Shown here: positions 30,862 to 41,529 of the stretch, piece by piece
Layout of the letters: the number at the start of each line of letters is the position of its first letter
How positions within the stretch are numbered: the stretch's first letter is position 1
Assembly (NCBI GenBank): GCA_963668625.2
Contig: CAXXKA010000004.1
Span: 64,001-128,000, forward strand
Length of the DNA stretch: 64,000 nt
Origin: an uncultured candidate division Zixibacteria bacterium
GTDB lineage: Bacteria > Zixibacteria > MSB-5A5 > UBA10806 > 4484-95
Reading direction: 5' to 3'
Notes under the pieces: model-generated
Databases searched by the model: none
Seen by the model: the letters and a program-made list of their open reading frames with translations, nothing else
What the model was told of the DNA's origin: nothing
Position numbers and translations under genes: made by a program

Positions 30862-31071
30862 TTGGATCGCACTAAACCTAAACCGAAAAAGAAATGTAGT
30901 TACTATGAATACTGCTATATTGCCGAGGGCTCGGAATGTTTCGGCTACAAAAGAGATTGTCCTTTATACATGTCCACTAATGATCATCTGGTAACAGAGG
31001 ATGCTTTCCACAAGGCAATGGATACGCTGATTAATAAAACGAAGATCAAATATCAGGGCACAAAAAAATAA
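30862..31071 (+). CDS. Small Cys-rich hypothetical protein
   Basis: GGAGG RBS before TTG; C-x5-C-x7-C-x6-C; shared terminator downstream. Confidence 0.65.
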   Translation: MDRTKPKPKKKCSYYEYCYIAEGSECFGYKRDCPLYMSTNDHLVTEDAFHKAMDTLINKTKIKYQGTKK

Positions 31072-31100
31072 CCGGCTACCCCCCTTTAGAATAGCCGGTT
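31070..31100. terminator. Hairpin between convergent genes
   Basis: AACCGGCTA...TAGCCGGTT. Confidence 0.6.
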
Positions 31101-31125
31101 CACTCATCACGGATGTAATAGCCTT

Positions 31126-31419
31126 TTACTGTGCTATGACTGTTGCCTCTTCTTCCATACGCTCCATTGTAGTCATAGATGGAGATTCGGTCAGCGGAAA
31201 CAGATCATCAATAGTACAGTCTAAAGCTCTGGCAAGCTTGCTGGCTGTACTGATTCTAACATCCCGCTTCTCGTTAATAATCCTGTTAATATAAACAGGA
31301 TCAAGACCACTTGCTGTAGCAAGTTTTCTCTGGCTCCACTTTTTCTCGGCTAAGATTTTGATGATGTTTGAACCCACTTTTGCCCCCTTTTGCTTCGGTT
31401 GGTTCAACTTAAAAGACAT
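31126..31419 (-). CDS. XRE/Cro-C1 HTH transcriptional regulator
   Basis: WSQRKLATASGL...YINRI...KLARALDCTIDDLF. Confidence 0.9.
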   Translation of the reverse strand: MSFKLNQPKQKGAKVGSNIIKILAEKKWSQRKLATASGLDPVYINRIINEKRDVRISTASKLARALDCTIDDLFPLTESPSMTTMERMEEEATVIAQ

Positions 31420-31671
31420 TTAATTTATCGACAACATGTTGCGGTACCTTAATACCGCATCCATTAATACCCAGGATGAAATTACCACGTTGATTATTAC
31501 CACAATCGTTAACTAACTATTGAGTAATTTAGTTCATTCTTTTTGACAAATGCAACCTTTTTTTTACTTTTTTCTCATTTTTTTTTATTTTTTGCCAATA
31601 TAGCTTGACCTAATATGAATGGAATTATAAAACATACCGACAACCAATTTAGATCAATACAAGGAGGAGTT

Positions 31672-32865
31672 TTGAATAAACTTACTATTGATGATATAGC
31701 GTTGTCCGGTAAACGGGTTTTGATGCGAGTAGATTTCAATGTGCCTGTAAAAAATGGTGTCGTAGGTGATGATTCTCGCATAAATGCAGCTATACCAACA
31801 ATTAAGAAAGTATTAAGCGATGGCGGAAAACTTATACTAATGTCCCATTTAGGCCGCCCCAAAGGTCAGGTTAAGCCGGAATTTTCGCTCGAACCGGTCG
31901 CGGTCAGGCTTTCGGAACTACTGGGTCAGAATGTCGAATTCGTTGATGATTGCGTGGGAGATAAAGTAAATCAAGCTGTCAACAAACTGGATACCGGCAG
32001 CGCCATTTTGTTGGAAAATTTGCGATTCTACAAACAGGAAACCGATAACAACGCCGAATTCGCCGAGAAATTGGCCTCACTCGGCGATATATATGTTAAC
32101 GATGCGTTCGGTACCGCACACCGTGCGCACGCCTCAACCGAGGGAGTGACTCATCATATTAAGCCTGCCGTAGCCGGCTACCTGATGCGAAAAGAGATCG
32201 ATTACCTGGGTAACGCCCTGGCCGATCCCAAACGTCCGTTCGTTGCAATTATTGGTGGAGCTAAAATATCGGGCAAAATAGATGTCATAAAAAACTTGCT
32301 GGGCAAGGTCGATACGCTTCTTATCGGAGGTGGAATGATCTTTACGTTCTATAAAGCTATGGGACTAAATATCGGCAATTCCCTTCTGGAGGAGGATAAG
32401 ATTGATGAGGCTGAGAGTATAAACAATATGCCTCTGCCCTCCAATGTACGGATGGTTTTACCCGAAGATGTGCTGCTTGCCGATAAGCTGGAGAAACCTT
32501 TCAAGGTAAAAGAGGAGTTGATCTCAGCAATCCCGGATAACTGGATTGGCGTTGATATCGGCTCGAAGACCCAAAAGAATTTCGTTGAAATTATCAAGAC
32601 AGCGAAAACCATAGTCTGGAACGGCCCGATGGGCATATTCGAGACCGACGAATTCGCTAAAGGTACCCTGACCATGGCTAAGGCGATCACTGAGGCAACC
32701 ACCGGGGGGGCTGTCAGTATAGTAGGCGGCGGTGATTCCGTGGCGGCCCTGGCAAAAATGGGAATGAAAGATAAAGTCAGTCATGCCTCGACCGGAGGCG
32801 GCGCCTCATTGGAATTTTTAGAGGGTAAAACATTGCCGGGGCTGGCAGCGTTGACTGATAAATAA
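31672..32865 (+). CDS. pgk: Phosphoglycerate kinase
   Basis: [37 protein letters not shown]; AGGAGG before TTG 31672. Confidence 0.98.
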   Translation: MNKLTIDDIALSGKRVLMRVDFNVPVKNGVVGDDSRINAAIPTIKKVLSDGGKLILMSHLGRPKGQVKPEFSLEPVAVRLSELLGQNVEFVDDCVGDKVNQAVNKLDTGSAILLENLRFYKQETDNNAEFAEKLASLGDIYVNDAFGTAHRAHASTEGVTHHIKPAVAGYLMRKEIDYLGNALADPKRPFVAIIGGAKISGKIDVIKNLLGKVDTLLIGGGMIFTFYKAMGLNIGNSLLEEDKIDEAESINNMPLPSNVRMVLPEDVLLADKLEKPFKVKEELISAIPDNWIGVDIGSKTQKNFVEIIKTAKTIVWNGPMGIFETDEFAKGTLTMAKAITEATTGGAVSIVGGGDSVAALAKMGMKDKVSHASTGGGASLEFLEGKTLPGLAALTDK

Positions 32866-32882
32866 ACTGGAGAATATTGATT

Positions 32883-33626
32883 ATGAGAAAAACATTGGTT
32901 GCCGGTAACTGGAAATTGAACACCTTACACGATGACGCCGTGGAACTTGCCTCGGGAGTAGCCGCCGCACGAAGCGATTTTGGCAATACGGAGGTTCTTA
33001 TCTGCCCGCCGTTTATCTGGATCGGAGCGGTCGCGGAGGCGATCAAGAATTCACCTGTCAAACTGGGCGCGCAAAACCTGTATTGGGAGGACAAAGGCGC
33101 TTTTACGGCGGAAATATCCGGCCCGATGCTGAAATCGGCGGGTTGTCAGTATGTAATAATTGGTCATTCCGAAAGAAGACAATTTTTTAATGAAACGAAT
33201 GAAACGGTCAATAATCGACTCAAAAAGGCGTTGGAACATAACCTGACACCAATTGTCTGTGTGGGCGAGAATCTTGCCGAACGCGAAAGCGGCATAACCG
33301 AGGTTGTAATCAAAAAGCAGTTTGACGAGGGATTCGCATCTTTCGCCGATTTCGATAAAGTAGTGATCGCTTACGAGCCGGTCTGGGCAATAGGAACCGG
33401 CAAAACCGCAACCCCGGATCAGGCACAGGAGATACACAAGCTTCTACGGGGGCTGCTTGCCGGAGTGACTAATGCCGCTGAGGATATCAGGATTTTATAC
33501 GGCGGTTCGGTCAAACCGGGCAATGCCGCCGAGTTAATATCCAAACCTGATATCGATGGTTTCTTAGTCGGCGGAGCAAGCTTGAAAGCGGTTGATTTCA
33601 ATGGAATTATAAAAGCGACCGCTTAA
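32883..33626 (+). CDS. tpiA: Triosephosphate isomerase
   Basis: [29 protein letters not shown]. Confidence 0.98.
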   Translation: MRKTLVAGNWKLNTLHDDAVELASGVAAARSDFGNTEVLICPPFIWIGAVAEAIKNSPVKLGAQNLYWEDKGAFTAEISGPMLKSAGCQYVIIGHSERRQFFNETNETVNNRLKKALEHNLTPIVCVGENLAERESGITEVVIKKQFDEGFASFADFDKVVIAYEPVWAIGTGKTATPDQAQEIHKLLRGLLAGVTNAAEDIRILYGGSVKPGNAAELISKPDIDGFLVGGASLKAVDFNGIIKATA

Positions 33627-33726
33627 TATTTCATCGATTTCAAAAAAACACTAATTTTGACTTGACTGAGGCTGTTTTTCAAGTATCTTTACAATCTGTC
33701 GAAATTATGGAAAAAAGGAGATTTAG

Positions 33727-34134
33727 GTGTACCCTTTATTGATTGTAATACATGTTCTGATTTGTCTGGCCCTGATCATCGTGATCCTCATGCAATCCTC
33801 GAAAGGTGAGGGTTTGGCCGGGGCTTTCGGCGGTACCGCTTTAACAGGCGCGGTTTTCGGTGGACGAGGCGCAGCCACGTTTTTATCGAAAGCTACATCT
33901 TTCGCGGCGATTGCGTTCATGGTTTCGTGCCTGGTGCTGGCATTCGTTTCGCCATCCCGCCAGGTGACAAAGCAGGAATCAGCTTTGAAGCAACAGCTTC
34001 AAAACGCGCAGCCGATGTTACCTGCCGATCAGGAATCGGGTTTACCGGGCGAGGCTATCGAGCTTCCCGCCGGCGACCAGCAGACTCCTGCGGGTGAAGG
34101 CACGACAGAACAAGCTCCCGCCGAGGGCGAATAA
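33727..34134 (+). CDS. secG: Preprotein translocase subunit SecG
   Basis: ILMQSSKGEGLAGAFGG...FLSKAT; tpiA-secG-tRNA-Leu synteny. Confidence 0.95.
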   Translation: MYPLLIVIHVLICLALIIVILMQSSKGEGLAGAFGGTALTGAVFGGRGAATFLSKATSFAAIAFMVSCLVLAFVSPSRQVTKQESALKQQLQNAQPMLPADQESGLPGEAIELPAGDQQTPAGEGTTEQAPAEGE

Positions 34135-34163
34135 AGCGAATAGCTTACAATAGAAGATTTTTT

Positions 34164-34245
34164 GCGGAAGTGGTGGAACCGGTAGACACGCCATCTTGAG
34201 GGGGTGGTGCCGCAAGGTGTGAGGGTTCAAATCCCTCCTTCCGCA
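34164..34245 (+). tRNA. tRNA-Leu (GAG), CCA not encoded
   Basis: GCGGAAG/CTTCCGC acceptor stem, CCATC-TTGAGGG-GGTGG anticodon arm, long variable arm, GGTTCAAATCC T-loop. Confidence 0.96.
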
Positions 34246-34381
34246 TTTTTTTGTTTATCATGTTATTCAACTTGTATAAGAAACTATTACATGTATTTAT
34301 TTATTGATATTAAAAAACATCGGTTTTCCCGATGCGTGCGTTAGTGGCGAAGCATTTGCAGAAAGTTTTATTATCAACAGT

Positions 34382-34635
34382 CACTAGTGTCCGGTGTTTT
34401 TCGGTATATTTTAAATCTCTCCTTGGAATTGTCAGTGAAAGATATTTTCCGATATAATTGTATATTCAGTGTATCATACATCCTGATATGTCCTGCCGAT
34501 GTTAGGCTTAGTTTCCTGGTTTCCAAGAGATGCCTGGAAACCTGCTTGAGTCATGTAAAATGCTCATTCTGCAGGCAAACAAGCCACGTTGCGAAGCAGC
34601 GCTTCGCAACGAGATGGAAAGGCCGGACAGTGGTG
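34382..34635. mobile_element. MITE copy
   Basis: CACTAGTGTCCGG / CCGGACAGTGGTG; perfect 9-bp TSD ATCAACAGT at 34373-34381 and 34636-34644. Confidence 0.92.
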
Positions 34636-34679
34636 ATCAACAGTAACGACAGAGTCTCTCAATAGCAGCACTTTTTTAT

Positions 34680-35115
34680 ATCTGTTCTTACCCCGGAGGA
34701 TGTAATCCGGTACGGCCTTTTCTTTTTATAACACTAGACTCTATTTCTATTAAGTTAGCTTATATGAAAGGGAGACAAAACGAAATATTTAGAATACGGT
34801 TGGTTACAAAATCGGAGTTTTGTAACCAGCACACCTCTTCCCCAACCCCTATATCCTGAATCAAGTTCAAGATGACATAGCCGGCTTAAGCCTGCAGGAT
34901 AAAAGCCGCCGGACCTGTAGCCGGTGTTAGTTTACTGATATGGGCGGTTGATGTCCTCATCTGCCCCATCTATTTCATGCGCTACTACAAAGCGGCAGAC
35001 GGGGAAGGTTGCCCAGCCACTTAACACCAAACCTACCTCATAATGTCACTCCTTCCATCATGAGGTAGATGATATAATTCTATTTAGGCGACAGATGTCC
35101 TCATCTGCTGCATGT
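34680..35115. repeat. REP-like composite; ~34700-34925 is an inverted homolog of ~58680-58905
   Basis: Shared GTACGGCCTTTTCTTTTTATAAC, GGGAGACAAAACGAAA, GGTTACAAAATCGG, ATCCTGAATCAAGTTCA, GCCTGCAGGATAAAAGCC; followed by a GTGG-type REP pair at 34940-35020. Confidence 0.75.
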
Positions 35116-35733
35116 GATTAGTAAATGTCCTTCAACCAACAGAAACTCAGTCCGCCGACGATAGGAACTCGCCACCTCGCATGCTCTGCAAAAAAGTGCT
35201 TGACAAACTTTATTATATTCATTAGGTTAATTTTAGGTTTGGCAACAAAGTAATTGCTCCACAATGAAATAACTTTTAAAATTTGCATCTTTGGTTTTTC
35301 ACTCATTGGGCTTTGTGTCTATTGACACGATGTGTTTAAAACTTATTCGGTTCAAGCGTATAGCTGGGGTAGCTATATGTGTGAGTTTATTTGATTAGCT
35401 TAATAATTTAAGTAAGTGTAGAAGTCCCTTTAATAACTGGAAGTCAGGTCAAAGTAACAGGAAGGTAAAACAGTTTTTCAACAGGGAGGTTTGTAAGCAC
35501 TCAGATATCACTAAGCCTTTTATATTTCTTCTTTCATAGTAATGTTTAACGTGTTCCCGAATGCAGGGGCATCGGGGATAGCGAAAAAGTGTATATACGA
35601 TCGGTTTTACAATCGGTCTATTGAAGCGAATATGCTCATTGTGCGAACATTGTAACGTTAACTGCAAATTGCGGAAATCAGGGTAAGTTTTTAAAGGGTG
35701 TAATTCATTAACAAATGATTTTGGAGTAAAGAT

Positions 35734-38700
35734 ATGAAGAAAACCATTTTTCTAACAATTATCTGTTTAATAACCATCAGTGCCTTAACCGCCTGGGCGG
35801 GCATTTCGACCTCCAATTATGCCGAAAGAAGCGTAGCAAATCTTCCGGCTGCAACTGATGTCGAAAACAAAATAGCCTTATACGGTAATGATTCTTATCA
35901 GCCCTTAAGGTTAGATACCGAGGTCACCGGTGACGATTGTTCCGATCCATTCGTGATAGGGGGGTTCCCCTACCAGGATACACAGGATAATACCACTTTC
36001 CTGGATGACTACAACTATAACGGCGGCTTGACCGGTCCGGATCTGGTTTATGAATTTACAATTACCGAGTGTAAGGATGTAACCATATCCCTGTGTAATT
36101 CGCCGGATAATACAATGGATTTGGCCGTTTCACTCTATGGCCCCGGCGACTGCGGCGGCACGGCAATCGGTTTCGATGATGATGCCTGTGTTGCTCCAGA
36201 TTTTGGTACACCTGAATTAGTCGCCAGGCTCGCGGCCGGCACCTACTACTTCATTATCGATGCTTATGATGGATTCCTGGGCACTTACGTTGTCGATGTT
36301 ACTGTCGAGGACTGCCCGATTCCCCCGCCATACGATGATTGTACTGATGTCGATCCGGCCGATTCGGTTCTGGCTATTGGCGATAGTTTGTTCTATGTCG
36401 GTGATAACGCAGGCGCCACTCTCGATTCCAACTGCGACTCATTGACAACCGAAATGTCCTGGATTGGTTTCACTACCACTGAGCTATCCGATGTCACGAT
36501 CGAATTCTGCGGTACGGTTCCGGTTCGTCAGGGCTACTATCGCGTGCTTTCCGCGTATTGTCCTTGCGACGGCGATAATTTCTATTTTGCCTCCGAAGAG
36601 AACTATACCGACTGTGCCGATGAAAACCCGACTCTCTATTTCAACCGTCTCCCTGCCGGAGAATGGTGGTATCCGGTTATTGCCGGCCCTACTCTCGAGG
36701 GCCCGTATAACATTACAGTAATGGCCGGCCCGCCGACAGGCTATTGCGATTACACCTGTGACGGCGGCGCAACGCCTGAAGGCGAAGTCTGCGGCGATGA
36801 CGATAACGGCGGCTGCAACTCCGAGCCTCCGGAGTTCGGTTCGATTAGCTGTGGCGAACACATTTGTGGTGAACTCTGGGCCGATGGCGGAACACGTGAT
36901 ACCGATTGGTTCTCGTTCACACCGGCTACCGACACGTTCATTACCTGGAGCGCGGCGGGAGCTATGCCGATTTCGCTTATTCTTATCGACTACACTGTCG
37001 GTTGCGATACTTCAGAAACTGTTTATCTCGGCGGTGGCGGTACTACCGAATGCGATACTATCAGCTTAACCGCTTTCGTGGAAGCCGGTCACTCGATCGC
37101 TTGCTTTATCTCCGCTAACGATATTTACAGCGGTTATCCCTGCGAGGATGGTCCGTTCTACTATGAGGCATGGTTGACCTGCGAGGTCTTCGAAGCCCCG
37201 GAAAACGACAACTGCGTAGACGCCATCGAAATTGGCGAGGTTACCGAATATGCCTGGACTAACCTGGGCGCGACTACCGATAACAACGGTACCTGCGGTA
37301 CCGATCTCCAGGCGGATGTCTGGTATCGTTACACGCCATCCTGCACCGGCGCGGCGACTCTTGATCTGTGCTTGCCTGAAAACGCCGGTTTTGACACGTA
37401 TATTGGTGTATTCACCGATGATTGTGTCGATCCCGAATGTATCGTGTTCGGCGATGATGACTGCGGCGAAGGCGGCGGCCCGTCAAGGGTTAGCTGGGCT
37501 GTAGTGGCCGGTGAGCCGGTACTTCTCTGTCTCGGCGGCTGGGCAGGCACTATGGGCGAAGGCCTGTTTACGGTATCCTGCTCGCCTCCGGCTACTATCG
37601 ACGTACAACCTACCTCTGTTTCCGGCGCTGCCGCCCCCGGCGGTGTTGATATGGAAGCTCTGACAGTTTCCAATACCGGTGACGGTACCCTGTACTGGGA
37701 AATCATCACATACCAGGATTTCCCGACAATGACCTCCAACTCGAATGGCGCCCCGATTGGCGAACGCTACTCGATCAACAACGATCTTCTCTCGGCCGAG
37801 AAAAATTTCTCATTGGTCGAAAAGGAAGCTTCGGCAGAGAAAAAAGAGGTTAACGAGAATAACCTGGTTAAGGGTTTACGCGCTGACCAGACCGGTGATT
37901 TCCCTGAACCACCTTCGATAACCGATTATTGCGAGATTCTGACAACCGGCGACGCCTACTATACGGGCGGCGGCTGGTTTACCGGCGGTGAAATGTACGC
38001 TGTCTATCAGGATCCCGAAGTTTGCGGCTACTCCCCGACTTATCCGTTCACAGTTACAAGCCTGAGTTGGGCCCTGGCCAAGGATGATACCTCCGCCGCT
38101 ACTGCCGAATATGTCTACTATCAACCTGTCATATTTGGCGCCGACTTGACTAATCCATCCTGCCCGGTTCCCGACACGAGCGTATTACTCTATGCCGGTG
38201 CGCTTGACTCGGTATTTTTCGAGCCTGGTGATTACTTATGGATTGGCAATAATATTTCTGCAGTCGTAAACGGGCCATATTTCATGGCAGTGATCTTCCC
38301 GTATACGCATAACTTCATAAGATTACCTCTCGAGCAAACCAATACCGGAACCTGTTTATCTTATAACGAGTATGGCAGCGGTTGGATTGACTTAGGAGAG
38401 AATGTCTGGAACCTGAACCTGGCCAACTACTGGAGAACCGACGGCTTAACCCCGACGGTATGCGATGTTGAATGTCCTGCAGGTGGTATAGCCGAGGCTG
38501 AGGTTTGCGGCGATGAAAACAACAACGGTTGTAACATGGATCCTGTTACATTCGAAACCATCAACTGCAATACTACGATTTGCGGTACTGGTTGGGCAAC
38601 CGGTGGATTCAGAGATACCGACTGGTATGAATTTACTCTAACCGCACCTACATTCATCCATATTTCCGTAGAAACAGAATTCCCCACTGATGTATATTTA

Positions 38701-39402
38701 CTTGATGTACCAAGCTGTGATAGTATCGGAGCATATGCTATTATAAGTCTTACTCCCTGTGATCCTGGCACCATAACCGGTACACTTCCTGCAGGAACGT
38801 ATGTCATATTCGTAGGAGCATCGGTAGGTGAGAACGTACTCTGTGATGGAACCGGCCTGTATGGTTATGAGTATTATGTGACCTTACAGTGCATGGATCC
38901 GTGGTTGTCAGTAGATACCTACAGCGGTGAATGCCCGCCGAATGCTACTGTCAATGTCATCATGGATGCCACATATCTGTCTGAGGGCACCTACTATGGC
39001 GATGTCGTATTCTACTCCAGCGATACTGCGACTCCTGAACTGGATATCCCGGTTGAGTTCGTGGTTGCCGCTGGTGGTTACGAATATCTGCCTGGTGATG
39101 CCAATATGGCTGCCGGTGCCTGGCCGCCGAACGTAATCGGCGCTGACGTGACCTACCTGGTCAACTACTTCCGCGCTATCGCCTCGCCGTGTCTGCTCGG
39201 TGGTTACTATGCCTCCGGTGACGCTAACGGTGATTGCTTGGTAATCGGTGCCGACGTTACTTATCTCGTCCAGTATTTCCGCGGCGCTAATACGATCAAG
39301 TATTGCGGCGATGATGTTGGCGAGGATGACTACACACCTGCATGGCTCAATACTGGGGAACTACCTCCGAGTGCGCCTGCAGGTTGGCCGAACTGCGAAT
39401 AG
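35734..39402 (+). CDS. Large secreted acidic Cys-rich multidomain protein (PPC-like modules, split Ig-like domain, C-terminal dockerin-like domain)
   Basis: Signal peptide; GDDC/NDNC-initiated beta modules; two CxxGGxxExEVCGDxxNxGC...RDTDW modules; C-terminal YLPGDANM...GADVTYLVNYFR...GDANGDCLVIGADVTYL. Confidence 0.85.
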   Translation: MKKTIFLTIICLITISALTAWAGISTSNYAERSVANLPAATDVENKIALYGNDSYQPLRLDTEVTGDDCSDPFVIGGFPYQDTQDNTTFLDDYNYNGGLTGPDLVYEFTITECKDVTISLCNSPDNTMDLAVSLYGPGDCGGTAIGFDDDACVAPDFGTPELVARLAAGTYYFIIDAYDGFLGTYVVDVTVEDCPIPPPYDDCTDVDPADSVLAIGDSLFYVGDNAGATLDSNCDSLTTEMSWIGFTTTELSDVTIEFCGTVPVRQGYYRVLSAYCPCDGDNFYFASEENYTDCADENPTLYFNRLPAGEWWYPVIAGPTLEGPYNITVMAGPPTGYCDYTCDGGATPEGEVCGDDDNGGCNSEPPEFGSISCGEHICGELWADGGTRDTDWFSFTPATDTFITWSAAGAMPISLILIDYTVGCDTSETVYLGGGGTTECDTISLTAFVEAGHSIACFISANDIYSGYPCEDGPFYYEAWLTCEVFEAPENDNCVDAIEIGEVTEYAWTNLGATTDNNGTCGTDLQADVWYRYTPSCTGAATLDLCLPENAGFDTYIGVFTDDCVDPECIVFGDDDCGEGGGPSRVSWAVVAGEPVLLCLGGWAGTMGEGLFTVSCSPPATIDVQPTSVSGAAAPGGVDMEALTVSNTGDGTLYWEIITYQDFPTMTSNSNGAPIGERYSINNDLLSAEKNFSLVEKEASAEKKEVNENNLVKGLRADQTGDFPEPPSITDYCEILTTGDAYYTGGGWFTGGEMYAVYQDPEVCGYSPTYPFTVTSLSWALAKDDTSAATAEYVYYQPVIFGADLTNPSCPVPDTSVLLYAGALDSVFFEPGDYLWIGNNISAVVNGPYFMAVIFPYTHNFIRLPLEQTNTGTCLSYNEYGSGWIDLGENVWNLNLANYWRTDGLTPTVCDVECPAGGIAEAEVCGDENNNGCNMDPVTFETINCNTTICGTGWATGGFRDTDWYEFTLTAPTFIHISVETEFPTDVYLLDVPSCDSIGAYAIISLTPCDPGTITGTLPAGTYVIFVGASVGENVLCDGTGLYGYEYYVTLQCMDPWLSVDTYSGECPPNATVNVIMDATYLSEGTYYGDVVFYSSDTATPELDIPVEFVVAAGGYEYLPGDANMAAGAWPPNVIGADVTYLVNYFRAIASPCLLGGYYASGDANGDCLVIGADVTYLVQYFRGANTIKYCGDDVGEDDYTPAWLNTGELPPSAPAGWPNCE

Positions 39403-39426
39403 TAGTTATAAGGAAAGGATTTAAAC

Positions 39427-39458
39427 ACGGTTGTTCCGCATTTTGCGGAGCAACCGTC
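39427..39458 (+). terminator. Hairpin downstream of 35734..39402
   Basis: ACGGTTGTTCCGCA-TTT-TGCGGAGCAACCGT; no U-tract. Confidence 0.45.
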
Positions 39459-39747
39459 ACTAAACCGAAAAACATCGAAAGACTGAAATGAAAATAGAAT
39501 TCCGATTACCTTTCCTGATTACCTTTTCCTGATTAACGATTCTGCTAACCGAATTCGTTTCCAAATGATAGCGGGAGTGTGGCAGAACGCTCCCGCTTAA
39601 TAATAACAGCTACATCCTGGGAATAAAAAAATATTGACAATATACTTGATTTAAATTATTTTTAACATGCAAGTAGAAGCTTCTGTTTTAGCTGTATTAT
39701 TAGAAGGTATCATCTTTCAATCAAAATAAGTCCGGACGGAGCAGCGA

Positions 39748-41208
39748 ATGTTAAAATTAAAATTAGCTGTACATGTAGTTCTGGTGCTTTTTTCGTTTTC
39801 ATTTTCGTATGCCGATACAATCGATCAATATGTTCCAATAACCTACGGTGAACTTATCACTATGGAGTATAATTCTAAACATGGGGTTAGCTCTTATTAC
39901 GCCCGCAATAGAACTCAATTAACTACCGATTTTCAAGATATCCCTGCAAATGATTCCTGCGAAAATGCCGAGTTGATACCATACCCATATCCATATAGCG
40001 GAACCGGAACGAGTATTGATGCTACTCTCGATTGCCCCTCTCTATTATATTGGTATGGAGTATGGTACATGATTGAACTTCCCTATGAATATAACGACCT
40101 GACAATTACCATCTGTGGTTTATCCGAGGATTTGATTGATGCCGGTATTATTATTATGGATGATTGCAATTGTGATGATTTAATCGGCGCATCCACCATA
40201 ACATTCCTTGATCAAAGCGAATGTTCCACCGGTTTTTCAGGGCTTAAACTAGAATTCAACTCGATTCCCATAAGTTTTAACTCCGATAGCCTGGTTTATT
40301 GGCCAGTTTTTACATCCAATAGCGAAGGTCAGCCCATTGATTTCGAGTATGAGGTTAATATTACGGAAGGCGAGCCGCCTCCGATTGGTGATACCTGTGA
40401 AGATCCTATAATTATTCCGGGATTGCCATATGCTGATACACTCAATAGCTGTGATTTTAATAATGAATATAATTTTAGCGGAAATGATGTCGTTTATGAA
40501 TTCGAACTCGATAGCTGCCGCATTGTGGATATCTCATTATGCGATACCGATCCGATATTCGATAGTTATTTGCTTCTTTATAACATCTCCGATTGCGGCA
40601 ATATCCCTATCGCTACCGATGATGATGCCTGTATGGGCCCCGGAGAATACGGTACTTCGAGGATTATCGACACGCTTGAGGCAGGCGTTTATAACGTCGT
40701 TATCGATGCTTATTCCGGCGAGTGCGGCGAATATGTCCTTGAGATAACAACTACTACCTGCCCGATCTACGGCGCTTGCTGCATTGAGACCGAATGCGTG
40801 GCGACAATACTGGAGCAAAGCTGTGATTCGCTGGGAGGCGAATGGATAGCTAATGAGGACTGTGGTTTAGGCTATATGTGCCCCGGAAGCTGCCAGGAGT
40901 TTTTGCTCGGGGATATCAATATGGCGGGAGGCGCCTGGCCACCGGTGGTTATCGGAGCTGATGTAACCTACCTGGTGTATTATTTTCGAGGTTCGGAGTT
41001 GCATTCCAGTTGCCTGTTAAATGATTTCTGGTGCTCGGCGGATGTTAATGGGGATTGTCTCATAATCGGCAGCGATGTTACTCTTCTGGTGAATTATTTC
41101 AGGGGATTGGCAACACTAGTCCATTGTGAGGACTGCTCCTCATGCTGGTTAGCCCCAGAGGATATTCCAGATGACGAGCCCGAAGGCTGGCCTAACTGTG
41201 ATGAATAG
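39748..41208 (+). CDS. Secreted Cys-rich protein with PPC-like modules and dockerin-like domain
   Basis: NDSCENA, GDTCEDP, GACC motif, GDINM...GADVTYL...ADVNGDCLIIGSDVT...GWPNCDE. Confidence 0.85.
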   Translation: MLKLKLAVHVVLVLFSFSFSYADTIDQYVPITYGELITMEYNSKHGVSSYYARNRTQLTTDFQDIPANDSCENAELIPYPYPYSGTGTSIDATLDCPSLLYWYGVWYMIELPYEYNDLTITICGLSEDLIDAGIIIMDDCNCDDLIGASTITFLDQSECSTGFSGLKLEFNSIPISFNSDSLVYWPVFTSNSEGQPIDFEYEVNITEGEPPPIGDTCEDPIIIPGLPYADTLNSCDFNNEYNFSGNDVVYEFELDSCRIVDISLCDTDPIFDSYLLLYNISDCGNIPIATDDDACMGPGEYGTSRIIDTLEAGVYNVVIDAYSGECGEYVLEITTTTCPIYGACCIETECVATILEQSCDSLGGEWIANEDCGLGYMCPGSCQEFLLGDINMAGGAWPPVVIGADVTYLVYYFRGSELHSSCLLNDFWCSADVNGDCLIIGSDVTLLVNYFRGLATLVHCEDCSSCWLAPEDIPDDEPEGWPNCDE

Positions 41209-41529
41209 GCTATTAGAGTACCTGTTTTAATGCAGATTAATTAAATAAATGATTGACAATAATAATGAGCTCCGTATATATTAAATAAGCCTCTGGTATT
41301 TCTTCATTTAAACTTTTTAGGAGGCCAGAAATAGCATTCCGAAAACTATTGAAAATTACAAAATCAGATAATTTTTTAGTGTGTTTGGACTAACGGTTGA
41401 GGTAAATAATAATTAACGAGAAAATAACATATGGTTAAGCTTATCTTAACACTGATGTTGCTGATATGTTGAACTTACTTAATCCATGGGAAAAAAGTAA
41501 TTTTTAAATTCACATTGGAGGTGGACAAT

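Noticed and set aside
34164-34700. Genomic island integrated at tRNA-Leu
   Set aside because: No integrase and no duplicated tRNA 3' end seen in the window.
39504-39535. Short tandem GATTACCTTT(T)CCT repeat
   Set aside because: Only about 2.4 copies; most simply a local slippage duplication.
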